Part shown: piece by piece, positions 1 through 9,476 of the stretch | Layout of the letters: the number at the start of each line of letters is the position of its first letter | Position numbering within the stretch: the first letter of the stretch is position 1 | From: Myxococcota bacterium | GTDB lineage: Bacteria; Myxococcota_A; Polyangia; Nannocystales; Nannocystaceae | Assembly: GCA_039194325.1 (NCBI GenBank) | Contig: JBCCWC010000001.1 | Span: forward strand, 64,001-128,000 | Length of the DNA: 64,000 bases | Reading direction: 5' to 3' | Position numbers and translations under genes: made by a program | Notes under the pieces: generated by a model | Told to the model about the DNA's origin: nothing | Seen by the model: only the letters and a program-made list of their open reading frames with translations | Database searches by the model: none

Positions 1-52
1 CGAGGTATCCAGTCGTGTCCGGAAGGCGCAGCAGCGCCAGCAGGACGACGCC

Positions 53-1162
53 ATGATCGCGTCGGCGCTGCACAAGCTCCAGTCCACGGCGCCGAGGCCG
101 GCCGCCTATGCGCTACCCAAGGCGCTTGAGCATGCGCTGCGCTGCCACGCGCCCAGGCTGCTGGATCCGCACTACGCCGCCGCGGTGGCCACCCTCGGCG
201 AGCACCCGTGGGTTCGGGACATCGTCGACTGGCGACCTCGCGGCAAGAGCCCGCGGACGAAGCTCGAGGGCCTGCTGCGGCACCTGCTGGTGCGCTACGA
301 CATGCCCACGTTCATGTTCCGCGTGTTTTCGATCGAGGACGAGCGCCTACGGCGGATGGGTATCGAGCTGTTCGTGCACCTGGGCCAGGGCGGCAGCCTG
401 TTTCGCCTGGTCAAGGAGGGCCGGTTCCCCGTGCCGCTGACCCGGCGGATGTGCCACCTGTTCATGCAGTCCCCGGCGCAGCTGAGCCTGCTCGAGGCCA
501 TCCGTCGCGCCCAGGTGACCGCGCTGGGTGGGGTGTATCGCGTGGCCACCACCATCCTCGCCACGCGTCAGCTGGGGCAGGGCCTCACCGACGACGAGGC
601 GTTCTGGGCCGGCGTGATCCACTGGACCTGCAACCAGGAGGACATCCCTCCGGGTCAGCTCGGGCCCGTCTACGATTGGATCGCCCGGCGGCGCCAGGCG
701 GATCCCAAATTCTCCATGAAGGGTCGAACGGGCGGCTCGGTACAGCAGGCCATGATGCAGTGGCACGGGTTGCTCGCCCACGAGGATGGTGGGCGCGACA
801 AGCTCCTGCCCGCTTCGGGGTTCGCAGGCTGGCACCACGAGCGGGTGGGCAAGCATGATCGCCTCGAGCGATATTCGATCACCGAGATCCGCAACACCCA
901 AGATCTGGCCCAGGAGGGGAAGGCGCTGCGACACTGCGTGTTCACTTATATTACGGCGGTGCGTCATGGCCTCACCTCGATCTGGTCCTACAAGGTCAAC
1001 GGCCGGCGCAAGCTGACCGTGGAAGTCGACCACCGAGGCCAAAAAGTGGTGCAGTGCCGTGGCAAGGCCAACCGGCTACCCTCTCGTGCCGAGCTGGTCC
1101 GGGTCGAGTGTTTCGCGGCGAGCAATGGACTGACTCTGCACCCGATGCTACCGGTCGAGTGA
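53..1162 (+). CDS. PcfJ domain-containing protein (true start may lie upstream of the window)
   Basis: C-terminal DLAQEGKALRHCVFTY...SIWS...LTVEV...VVQCRGKANRLP matches the PcfJ-like motif. Confidence 0.75.
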   Translation: MIASALHKLQSTAPRPAAYALPKALEHALRCHAPRLLDPHYAAAVATLGEHPWVRDIVDWRPRGKSPRTKLEGLLRHLLVRYDMPTFMFRVFSIEDERLRRMGIELFVHLGQGGSLFRLVKEGRFPVPLTRRMCHLFMQSPAQLSLLEAIRRAQVTALGGVYRVATTILATRQLGQGLTDDEAFWAGVIHWTCNQEDIPPGQLGPVYDWIARRRQADPKFSMKGRTGGSVQQAMMQWHGLLAHEDGGRDKLLPASGFAGWHHERVGKHDRLERYSITEIRNTQDLAQEGKALRHCVFTYITAVRHGLTSIWSYKVNGRRKLTVEVDHRGQKVVQCRGKANRLPSRAELVRVECFAASNGLTLHPMLPVE

Positions 1163-1316
1163 TGGCGAGGGTCGAGTCTTACTGGCCGTAGCCGTGCGGG
1201 GGCTGGCCGTGCTGGGGGGGGGTGCTGTCCAGGCTGGCCATATTGAGGCTGCTACTTCAGAGCATGGATCAGTTCCGAGTCGAACTCTCGAAGGTGCGAC
1301 TCCACGCAAGGGTTGA

Positions 1317-1910
1317 TTGCAGATTGCAGTGGCGCCGCGTGAGCACCTCTTGGCCGCGCTCGTGCGGTTGCTCAGTAGCTTGGTATATAGTCCGAGACAG
1401 GCGCCTTGGCGAATACAACTGGGTACCGGTCACGACGACCACCGCCATAAGCGATTGGTCGGATTCCTACTCACGAGTCGCTGGTCGCTTCGGACTTGGT
1501 GCGCCGAGGGGGCGTGGGAACTCCATCGGCTCGACGCGAAGCGCGACCGCCAGTTTGGTGAGCGTATCGGTGGTGGCTGTTCGCTCACCTGCGAGGACGG
1601 ATCTAGCTTCGCGTCCTCGGTCCGCCAGCTATCCGACGTTGTGGAAGATGGAACCCAGGGGATCGCGTGGTTCGCGTCCGCCGACCGGAAAGACGTCGGC
1701 CCGGCTTGGCTCGAGCGCGACGGTCAGCCCCAGTAGCTCTTTCGTGGCTGGTGGGTCGACCGAGACACGGCGGAGATCTACGCACGCGACTACGGTCACG
1801 ATTTCCGCTGCGAGGATGAGGAGCCGCTTTCGGATGGACACGACGAGCTCGGCGAGCGCGTTCTGGGCAGTGACCCTGAACACAACGAGCTCGACGGCTA
1901 CAGCTGGTGA
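1317..1910 (+). pseudogene. Hypothetical gene interrupted by an in-frame TAG
   Basis: After TAG 1734-1736 the frame continues as LFRGWWVDRDTAEIYARDYGHDF...DGYSW to TGA 1908-1910. Start is uncertain. Confidence 0.3.
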
Positions 1911-1923
1911 TGATGGAAGGTGG

Positions 1924-2373
1924 ATGAAGGTGAGCCCTCAAGACGTCTTTCGGTCCTCCGAGGGCTCGCCGGTCCAGCTAGCCAGCCTCGCGTCGATGAC
2001 CATCGACGGCTGTTTCAGCATCTACGAGGGCGTCTAGATCGCCGCAGAGCCCGACGAGTGGGGCGGCTACAACCTGCACGCCGAGAGCCATGGTCGCGCA
2101 TGGTTCGTCAGCGTGCCGACGAGGGCCATGGCCCGGGCGATGTTCGCCTCGTTCGTGCAGAACGAGCACCGGGGTTGGGTCACGTTCGACGACGACGACC
2201 CGACGAACCGGGCTAGCTTCACCGCTGGCCCGGGTCCGCCGACCCTTGGGACGTACGTGTGGGTGAGGGACGATGGCGTTCACGGCTGGTTTGATGCGGA
2301 CGACGACCGTCCATGGTCGATGCTCGACGGCTGTGCGTGGCCAGCTTCGACGGGCGCCAAGTACCGTGCATGA
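1924..2373 (+). pseudogene. Hypothetical gene interrupted by an in-frame TAG
   Basis: ATG 1924 follows GGAAGG. MKVSPQDVF...IYEGV*IAAEPDEWGGY...KYRA* is one frame with TAG at 2035-2037. Confidence 0.4.
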
Positions 2374-2599
2374 GTTTCGATGTCTACCGGACCGACATTG
2401 AGCACAGTGGTCCCGACTACCTCGTCGGGGCACTTGAATTTCGATACGAGTAGTAGCGCGACAGCGTAGCGGAAGCGGGAAAATGCAAAGCCAAGTCGTT
2501 TGTCGATAATGGGAGCTCTGATGGGACCATGTAAAACTGCACGTTTGAGCAGTTACATACATCAAGATTCGTATTATCATCTCGCACGGCCAAACGGGA

Positions 2600-4225
2600 A
2601 TGAGCTACGAAAAAATCCACGAAGAAACGGCGCGCAATCTCGTTGATGAGGAGGTCGTTGGCACATTCATCTCCCTAGCATCCGATTTACGAGATAGCCT
2701 GAAAGACCCAGAGGTTTTTTCACCTATACAAGCAGAAGATATTGTCTCGAATGAAGAGGGAGACATTGTTCTTGATATCGACCAGTTTGAAGTGCCATGT
2801 ATATATTCTGGTCCTCCTCGTGAAGAACAAATTCGTGCTAAATTGCCCAGAGGGTTTCAGGGGGAACTTGGAGAACTTAGGACAATTACCAGGGCCGCAC
2901 TGACAGTTGACACTTTTCTTTACGGCAGTCTAAGAGTGAGCTTTTGCCGTAGCGCAAGCGGAGTAGCGCTGTCCTTCTGCTCATCGCGTATATGGGAAGC
3001 TCGACAGGCTGTAAGTAAGAGCAAGCAAGAGAAGAGTGATGCCGATCGCGCCCTCAAGCAGCAGCAAGGTGCTGCTGTGCATCGGCAGGGTCGGCAGAAT
3101 CCGCAAGCACTACAGGAGGCACAGGCGACTGAGAACAGATGCAAGATCGCGGCAAACAAGCTTGTAAAAGCTACCGATGATCTGAATACTGCTCGAAAGC
3201 GTATAGTTCCTTATGTGCGAGCACTGATCTCTTTAATGCATAGTCGCGGCCTGATCATATCCGATCCTCCTGGTGGCGACGCACTCGGGGATGGAAATAG
3301 TAACAGTGGCTTGATAGAAGCTCTGCGAGAACAGGTTGCGACGTTTCGTGATACTATAAATACCCAGGCACGAAACAACGAACAACTCCGACAGCGCTTG
3401 CTCGAACAACATAGAGAAGGAATCAAGCGGCTTGAGGAAGATTACGCGGAAAGGCACAAGAATTTCAAGGAAGAGCGAGCAGAGTGGGTATCCACTATCC
3501 AGAAAAGAGTGGAGGAAGATAATCGAAGACTTGAGGATCTGCGTAGGGATCTTGAGTCCCGTGAGAGATCGCTGGATTTACAGAACGAACGTGAAACGCG
3601 ACGTAATCTACGCGAGAATCTGCAGAATGAAGTAGCGAAGCGGGCAAAGCAGCCCGATCTTTCTTCCCAGGCAAAGGAGAATTTTGAGAAGGTAACACGG
3701 GTTTGCAAGTGGACGATCAGTATTACGACAGTCTTGCTGCTTCTCGTTTCATTCGTGCCAGCAATCCTTGAAGTTACAATGCTGCTGACATATTCTGCAC
3801 AGACAGTGGCGCTTATGTGGTCGATTCGCGTTCTTGCCGGGATACTGTTGGTAGTAGTGCTAATCTATTATATACGTGAACTGTCATCCTGGTCGAAGCA
3901 GGTGAACGTTATCGAACTACGTTCCAAGCAGTTTGCTTTGGATATCAATCGAGCAAGTTGGCTCGTCGAGATGAACCTTGAGTACGAAAAGGAGGGGAAA
4001 GTGCTGCCCGAGAAACTGATAGACAGCTTTGCCCACGGGTTGTTTGAAAGCAACCGGTCGGCAAGTAACCAAGAGCATCCTTCGAGTTCCTTGTTGCACC
4101 TCTTGCGCAATGCGGAATCCCTTAATGTCAAAACGGCGGGTGGAGAACTCTCCATCAGTGGGAAACAAATCCGTAAAGCAGATATCGAAGCAGCCAAAGA
4201 TGATGATTCTGGCTCAGGGGTATGA
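2600..4225 (+). CDS. Coiled-coil protein with two C-terminal transmembrane helices, in a low-GC islet
   Basis: 541-aa ORF with a long E/R/Q-rich helical region, two hydrophobic stretches (WTISITTVLLLLVSFV; ILLVVVLIYY) and visibly AT-richer codons. Confidence 0.8.
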   Translation: MSYEKIHEETARNLVDEEVVGTFISLASDLRDSLKDPEVFSPIQAEDIVSNEEGDIVLDIDQFEVPCIYSGPPREEQIRAKLPRGFQGELGELRTITRAALTVDTFLYGSLRVSFCRSASGVALSFCSSRIWEARQAVSKSKQEKSDADRALKQQQGAAVHRQGRQNPQALQEAQATENRCKIAANKLVKATDDLNTARKRIVPYVRALISLMHSRGLIISDPPGGDALGDGNSNSGLIEALREQVATFRDTINTQARNNEQLRQRLLEQHREGIKRLEEDYAERHKNFKEERAEWVSTIQKRVEEDNRRLEDLRRDLESRERSLDLQNERETRRNLRENLQNEVAKRAKQPDLSSQAKENFEKVTRVCKWTISITTVLLLLVSFVPAILEVTMLLTYSAQTVALMWSIRVLAGILLVVVLIYYIRELSSWSKQVNVIELRSKQFALDINRASWLVEMNLEYEKEGKVLPEKLIDSFAHGLFESNRSASNQEHPSSSLLHLLRNAESLNVKTAGGELSISGKQIRKADIEAAKDDDSGSGV

Positions 4226-4594
4226 GTTCACGGGCATCAGGCATGAGTTCTGACTTTCTCAAGGGTTCCTGGGGCAGGCCAACCCAGCCATGACGACTTA
4301 TGAAACAACCGGAGCCATGGGGAGAGCCAACTCCCCAGGGCTCTGCGCGGGGGAACCGCGAAGGTCAGCACGCGTTCCCCCTGCGCCGCGGGACCCACGG
4401 CCCCACCGGCGGTCGAGCGACCAACGCCAGACGAGATTTCTTCTTGACTTGCCGACGACCGCGCGTCAATCCTGAGGGCACACGGAACAAGCCCGGGCCA
4501 ACGGGCACCCAGAGGTCAGATGAGCCACAACGCACGACCCCCACGGTCGTGCGGCGAAGGCGCAAGCCGAGGGACTCACCGACGAACCCGCTCA

Positions 4595-4622
4595 ATAGAG
4601 CGTCGGTCTACGGAACCGAAAG
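4595..4622 (+). repeat. 28-bp inverted copy of the tRNA-Arg D-arm/anticodon arm
   Basis: ATAGAGCGTCGGTCTACGGAACCGAAAG is the exact reverse complement of 4832-4859. Confidence 0.9.
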
Positions 4623-4770
4623 CTGTTCCAAGCTCGGCGATACAGGTCGCAGGTCGCGAGCAATGACCTGGGCGCGCCCCTTCAACAGTCCCCGCAATTG
4701 CACACGAAACCCGAGAACCCTGCTGAGCCGCCGGTCGAATGCTTCGCGATGGCACTCGACCCTCGACGTT

Positions 4771-4799
4771 AAAGTCGAAAGCCCTTCACGGGGCTTTCG
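4771..4799 (-). terminator. Hairpin downstream of tRNA-Arg (probable intrinsic terminator)
   Basis: Stem CGAAAGCCC/GGGCTTTCG with a 6-nt loop, followed by ACTTT on the minus strand. Confidence 0.6.
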
Positions 4800-4804
4800 T
4801 CTAG

Positions 4805-4878
<74 letters not shown>

Positions 4879-4953
4879 AGCGGTTGAGCCGCGAGCTTTA
4901 TCAGAGCGCCCCTGCTTCTGCAACCGCCCTCGTTCTCCCGACCACGCGCTCCC

Positions 4954-5676
4954 TCACACCCCCGGCTCTGCCCCAAAGAACAGCACCGCCAGCACATACG
5001 CATTGTTCCCCATGTGCACCGCGATCGCCGCCCACAGCCTGCCGGTCCGCGCCAACACGGCGGCGAACACCACCCCCAGCCACAGGTAGATCACAATCCC
5101 CGCGGGATTACCGTGGATCGCGGCAAACGCCACCGCGCTCAGCCCGTAGGCGAGCTTGGGCCCGCTGAGGGCTCGGACGCGCACGAACAGCAGTCGTCGA
5201 AACAGCCATTCTTCGACCACGGGCGCCATCAGCAGCGCGGAAACCGCCAACACGATCGCCTCGGTCTGCACCCCGCCGCCGCGAGCTTCGTCGGCGATCT
5301 CCAGCACGCTGGTCTGCTCCTTGACGCCTAGGCCGACCAGCTCGAGCAGCAGCCCCAGCACAATGCTGCCGCCCAGCGCCACGACAACCCCCAGCAGCAC
5401 GACCCCGGCGGCTCCCCCGGCGCTCAGCGACGACGGGGGCATGGTCAGATCGGGCTCGGGCTCGTCGTCGTCCCGTGCGGCGGCCGCCCACTGCGGGCCA
5501 ACCCATGCGTAGAACGCCGCGGCGACGGCGGTAATGAGCGGCCCCGCCATCAGGTGGTAGGGGCCGGCATCGAACATCCCCAGCAGGGAACCCACGAGGG
5601 CATAGCCCAGCACGAGCCCAGCGAAGGCCATGCCCACCTCGGCGACGCCCAGCCACAATCGCCGTTTGAGGTCCAT
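4954..5676 (-). CDS. CPBP/CAAX (Abi) family intramembrane glutamic endopeptidase
   Basis: Multi-TM protein with motifs APVVEEWLFR, FAAIH and AIAVHMGNN. ATG 5676 chosen as start. Confidence 0.9.
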   Translation of the reverse strand: MDLKRRLWLGVAEVGMAFAGLVLGYALVGSLLGMFDAGPYHLMAGPLITAVAAAFYAWVGPQWAAAARDDDEPEPDLTMPPSSLSAGGAAGVVLLGVVVALGGSIVLGLLLELVGLGVKEQTSVLEIADEARGGGVQTEAIVLAVSALLMAPVVEEWLFRRLLFVRVRALSGPKLAYGLSAVAFAAIHGNPAGIVIYLWLGVVFAAVLARTGRLWAAIAVHMGNNAYVLAVLFFGAEPGV

Positions 5677-5909
5677 CTTGGCGACAGCATGCCGGCCCAG
5701 CGCATCGGACTGCAAGACCACACCCGCCCGCGCGCCCACGCCCGCCCGGCCCCCTACCCGCCCGGCCCCCTAAGAGACCGACCCCCGCCGCCCGCTTGCA
5801 CGCCACTACGCGCACCACCCCGCATCCCCCGCTTGCAAGCCGACCCCCACCGGAGTTAACGTCCCGCCCCCAAACAAAAACGCGCCGCCGAGCGCGCCCA
5901 ATCACCTGT

Positions 5910-5996
5910 GGAACGGTGGCCGAGTGGCTGAAGGCACAGGTTTGCTAAATCTGCGTAGGGGAAACTCTACCGAGGGTTCGAATCCCTCCCGTTCCG
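5910..5996 (+). tRNA. tRNA-Ser(GCT)
   Basis: GGAACGG...CCGTTCC acceptor stem, anticodon arm CAGGT TTGCTAA ATCTG, long variable arm, GGTTCGAATCC T-arm. Confidence 0.97.
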
Positions 5997-6001
5997 CCGC
6001 C

Positions 6002-6039
6002 AGGCCCCCGACCTCACCGTCGGGGGCCTTCGCGTTTTT
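6002..6039 (+). terminator. Intrinsic terminator after tRNA-Ser
   Basis: Hairpin AGGCCCCCGAC-CTCACC-GTCGGGGGCCT followed by TCGCGTTTTT. Confidence 0.75.
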
Positions 6040-6064
6040 CGCCCCCTGTTATGGTCCCCAGACC

Positions 6065-6850
6065 ATGACGCGCCGCCTGCCCCCTGCTGCCCTCGCCTTC
6101 GCCCTCGGGCTACTGCCCGGCTGCGACTCCGAGGAGGCCAAGCAGACGGCCAAGGAAGCCTCAGACAAGGCGCTCGAGGCATCCAAGGACAAGGCGGCGG
6201 AGCTGGCTCAGAGCGCCAAGACCCTGGGCAAGAAGGCGGCCAACGCCACCAAGGACGCCGCCAACAAGGTAGCCGACACCACCAAGGACGCCGCCGGAAA
6301 GGCGGTCGATGCCTCGACCAAGGCGGTCCACGAGGCGGTCGAAGATGCAACCGAGGCAACCCGCGCCGGGGCCCAAGCGCTGGTCGACGATCTACGCCCC
6401 GACGGAGAGCTCAGCCAGACGGCCCAGGCCTGGCTGGAGAACAAAGCCAAGCAGACGACCGAGACAGACATCGAGACGATCATCGTCGCTGGGGTCCAGC
6501 TGGCCCCGATCGCCCTGGAGGCCAGCCGGGTGCTCGCCGACTCGGTCGATTCCAACACGGTCATCGAGCCGATCTTCCAGAAGATCGACGACGACCCAGC
6601 CAAGATCGACGCGGCGATCGGCAACATGCCGCGGGTCGAAGCCCTCGACGGCGTGACCGTGGGCTTCGAACAAATGGACCAACTCGATGCACGCACCTCG
6701 GTCAAGCAACGCGGCTACCTGGTGATGTGGCGTCACGAACAACACCTAGTCGGCTTCGTATATCGATCGACTCGCACGATCGACATCGACGCACTCGTAG
6801 CGGAGACGCCGCGACTGGTGAAGCTGACCCAGCAAGCCCTCACCAAGTAA
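6065..6850 (+). CDS. Putative lipoprotein with Ala/Lys-rich helical repeats
   Basis: MTRRLPPAALAFALGLLPGC signal and lipobox, with TKDAA repeats. Confidence 0.75.
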   Translation: MTRRLPPAALAFALGLLPGCDSEEAKQTAKEASDKALEASKDKAAELAQSAKTLGKKAANATKDAANKVADTTKDAAGKAVDASTKAVHEAVEDATEATRAGAQALVDDLRPDGELSQTAQAWLENKAKQTTETDIETIIVAGVQLAPIALEASRVLADSVDSNTVIEPIFQKIDDDPAKIDAAIGNMPRVEALDGVTVGFEQMDQLDARTSVKQRGYLVMWRHEQHLVGFVYRSTRTIDIDALVAETPRLVKLTQQALTK

Positions 6851-6852
6851 CC

Positions 6853-6965
6853 CCACCGACCAAACCACCGACCAAACCCACCGACCAAACCACCGACCAA
6901 ACCACCGACCAAACCCGACCGCTGGTGCCCCGCCGACCAAACCCAACCGCTGGTGCCCCGCCGAC
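6853..6965. repeat. Five tandem CCACCGACCAAA units plus a ~28-bp duplication
   Basis: Read directly. No unique spacers. Confidence 0.9.
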
Positions 6966-7076
6966 ACGGCGATCGGCCTCACCGCCGCTACACTCCTCGC
7001 CGATCGAGCTGCAGTTTCACGCTGTTGAGACGGCGTTGCCTTCCTGTCACGCTCGCGGCGACTCGGCCGCCGGTCA

Positions 7077-7194
7077 CGCGACCCGACCGCGACCCGCCGC
7101 GACCCGCCGCGACTCGCCGCGACCCGACCGCGACTCGCCGCAACTCGACCGCGACCTGCCGCGACCCGACCACGACTCGCCGTAACTCGCCGCG
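7077..7194. repeat. Degenerate 10-11-bp tandem repeat (CGCGACCCG[A]C)
   Basis: About 11 imperfect units read directly. Confidence 0.85.
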
Positions 7195-7294
7195 CTCCGA
7201 GGATCTCGCGCCCCCACCGCCAGAAACCATCGTAGGATGCTCGGCCAGTCCGACAGGACCACCCCACGCAACCCGAAACGGAAAAGAAGCACCC

Positions 7295-7702
7295 ATGGAC
7301 ATCAAGACCATCTCGGCCACCCTCGCGATCCTCGGCAGTGGAATCGTCGTGTCGGCCTGTGACGACGCCAAGAAAGACGCGGCCGAGGTCAAGAAGGACG
7401 ACGGCAAGAAGAAGGCCGAGGCGGCCCAAAAACCCGAAAACAAGCAGCCCGAGGAGAAGAAGCCGACCGACGTCAAGGCAGCCGCCGGCGCAGCCAAGGA
7501 CGCCAAGGGCGAGCACTCGTGCGGCGAGGGCTCCTGCGGCGCCAAGAAGGCCCACGGCAAGAAGGCCGAGGGCTCCTGCGGCGAGGGTTCCTGTGGCGCC
7601 AAGAAGGGCGAGGAGGGCAAGACCGCAGCAGCCAAGGCCGGCAAGGGCGATCCCAAGGCCGCGGCCGCCGAAAAGCCCGCCGAGGGCGAGGACAAGTCCT
7701 AA
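7295..7702 (+). CDS. Low-complexity lipoprotein with EGSCG repeats (resembles HvfA/oxazolin RiPP precursors)
   Basis: Lipobox IVVSAC, a K/A/E-rich body, and GEHSCGEGSCGAKK...AEGSCGEGSCGAKK. Confidence 0.7.
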   Translation: MDIKTISATLAILGSGIVVSACDDAKKDAAEVKKDDGKKKAEAAQKPENKQPEEKKPTDVKAAAGAAKDAKGEHSCGEGSCGAKKAHGKKAEGSCGEGSCGAKKGEEGKTAAAKAGKGDPKAAAAEKPAEGEDKS

Positions 7703-7852
7703 GTACCCCGCCCAAGACCCGCCCGCGTGCTCACCACGCGAGCCCAATCGAAGCCGCGGTCGCCCTCGTGCCCGCGGCTTCGTCGCGTCGAGCCCAACAC
7801 CCCCCGAAGTCTGCCAGCACCCCCCGAAGTCTGATAATTAGCCCCTGACCCC

Positions 7853-9361
7853 GTGGACGCAACGCTCACGCTGGGCCAGCTGATGGCCAACATCGAACCG
7901 GCGCCGCAATACATCGATTGCGACCCCAAGACGCCGATCTCGTCCCTGGTGGTCGACTCCCGCCAAGTGGAGCCAGGCGCCGCGTTCCTGGCGGTGACCG
8001 GGCAGACCCACGACGCCCACCAGTTCGTGCAGCAAGCCCGGCAACGAGGCGCGGCGGTGCTGATCGTCCAAGATGATCGCGTCGGACCGCTGCCGGGCGC
8101 AGTCGTCCGCCTGGCCGATTCCAACACGGCCTACCCACAGATCGCCGCCAACGCACATGGCCGCCCCGGCGACGCGCTGTGGCTGGCCGGAGTGACCGGC
8201 ACCAACGGCAAGACGACCACCGCCCACCTGGTGGGCGCCGCCCTGAACTGTGCAGGGCTGCCCTACGCCCGGCTGGGCACCACGGGCAACTGGGTGGTCG
8301 ACCGCGAAGATACAGCCCGATTCACCACCCCGTTCCCCGAGGAGCTCCAGGCCCTGCTGGCGACCGCCCGACATCGCGGCGGTACCCATGCGGTGATGGA
8401 GGTGTCGTCGCACGCCCTGGCCCAAGGCCGAGCCCGACCGCTACGCTTCACCGCAGTAGGGCTGACCAGCTTCAGCCAAGACCACCTCGACTTCCACGCC
8501 ACGATGGACGACTACCTGGCGGCCAAGTGCCGATTGTCGGCCGAGCACCTGCGCGACGAGGGCACCGCGATCGCCGCTGTCGATGCCCACCCCGAAGCCG
8601 CCCGGCGCTTCTTGGACGCCGCGCCCCCCTCGGCCCTACGCTGGCGAGCCTCACGAGGCGCCGTGCCCGAGGCTGAGATCCTCGCAGAACAATTCGAACA
8701 AACCCCCACTGGCCTCCGCGCCCGGCTACGGACCCCAGCCGGCCCGGTCGATCTGCACAGCCCGCTGGTCGGCAGCTTCAACCTCGACAACCTCATGGTG
8801 GCGATCGGCCTGGGGCTCGGCCTGGGCATCGCCCCCGAGACGCTGGCCGAAGCGCTGGCCAAGGCCACCGGCGCCCCCGGCCGCCTGCAGCGGATCGCGG
8901 TCTCGGGGATCCGAGGACCTACGGTGCTCGTCGACTATGCCCACACCCCCGATGCGGTCGCCCGCGCAATCGAGGCGGTCCGACCGGCGTGCCGCGGCCG
9001 CCTGGTGGTGCTGCTGGGGTGCGGAGGCGATCGCGACCCGAGCAAGCGACCGCTGATGGGCCAGGTGGCCGCCACCGGCGCGGATCGGTTTTGGGCGACC
9101 TCGGACAACCCGCGAACCGAAGATCCCGAGACGATCGTAGACATGATGCTGGCGGGCGTACCCGCCGACCGACACGACCGCATAGAACGATGCACCGACC
9201 GTGCGTCGGCCATCGCGGGAGCGATCGCCGAGGCCCACGATGACGACCTGGTGCTCATCGCAGGCAAAGGCCACGAGGACTATCAGATCCTCGGCACCAC
9301 GAAGATCCACTTCGACGATCGCGAGCACGCCCACCAGGCCCTCGCCCGTCGCCCGTCGTAG
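7853..9361 (+). CDS. murE: UDP-N-acetylmuramoyl-L-alanyl-D-glutamate--2,6-diaminopimelate ligase
   Basis: GVTGTNGKTT, MEVSSHAL, DHLDFH, VDYAHTPD, GCGGDRD, DNPR (meso-DAP motif), AGKGHE. Confidence 0.97.
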   Translation: MDATLTLGQLMANIEPAPQYIDCDPKTPISSLVVDSRQVEPGAAFLAVTGQTHDAHQFVQQARQRGAAVLIVQDDRVGPLPGAVVRLADSNTAYPQIAANAHGRPGDALWLAGVTGTNGKTTTAHLVGAALNCAGLPYARLGTTGNWVVDREDTARFTTPFPEELQALLATARHRGGTHAVMEVSSHALAQGRARPLRFTAVGLTSFSQDHLDFHATMDDYLAAKCRLSAEHLRDEGTAIAAVDAHPEAARRFLDAAPPSALRWRASRGAVPEAEILAEQFEQTPTGLRARLRTPAGPVDLHSPLVGSFNLDNLMVAIGLGLGLGIAPETLAEALAKATGAPGRLQRIAVSGIRGPTVLVDYAHTPDAVARAIEAVRPACRGRLVVLLGCGGDRDPSKRPLMGQVAATGADRFWATSDNPRTEDPETIVDMMLAGVPADRHDRIERCTDRASAIAGAIAEAHDDDLVLIAGKGHEDYQILGTTKIHFDDREHAHQALARRPS

Positions 9362-9476
9362 ATCGCGTGCCTCCGGTCATCAAAGTAAGACAGTGTCGGT
9401 TTGGGTCTCCCATCATTCCTTCATTCCTTGACGCCCGGAGGGACCAACCCGCACAATCGACCTACGGTCGCTTGCG

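Noticed and set aside
5924..6064. N-terminal extension of the 308-aa ORF 5924-6850
   Set aside because: It overlaps tRNA-Ser and its terminator. ATG 6065 gives a clean lipoprotein signal.
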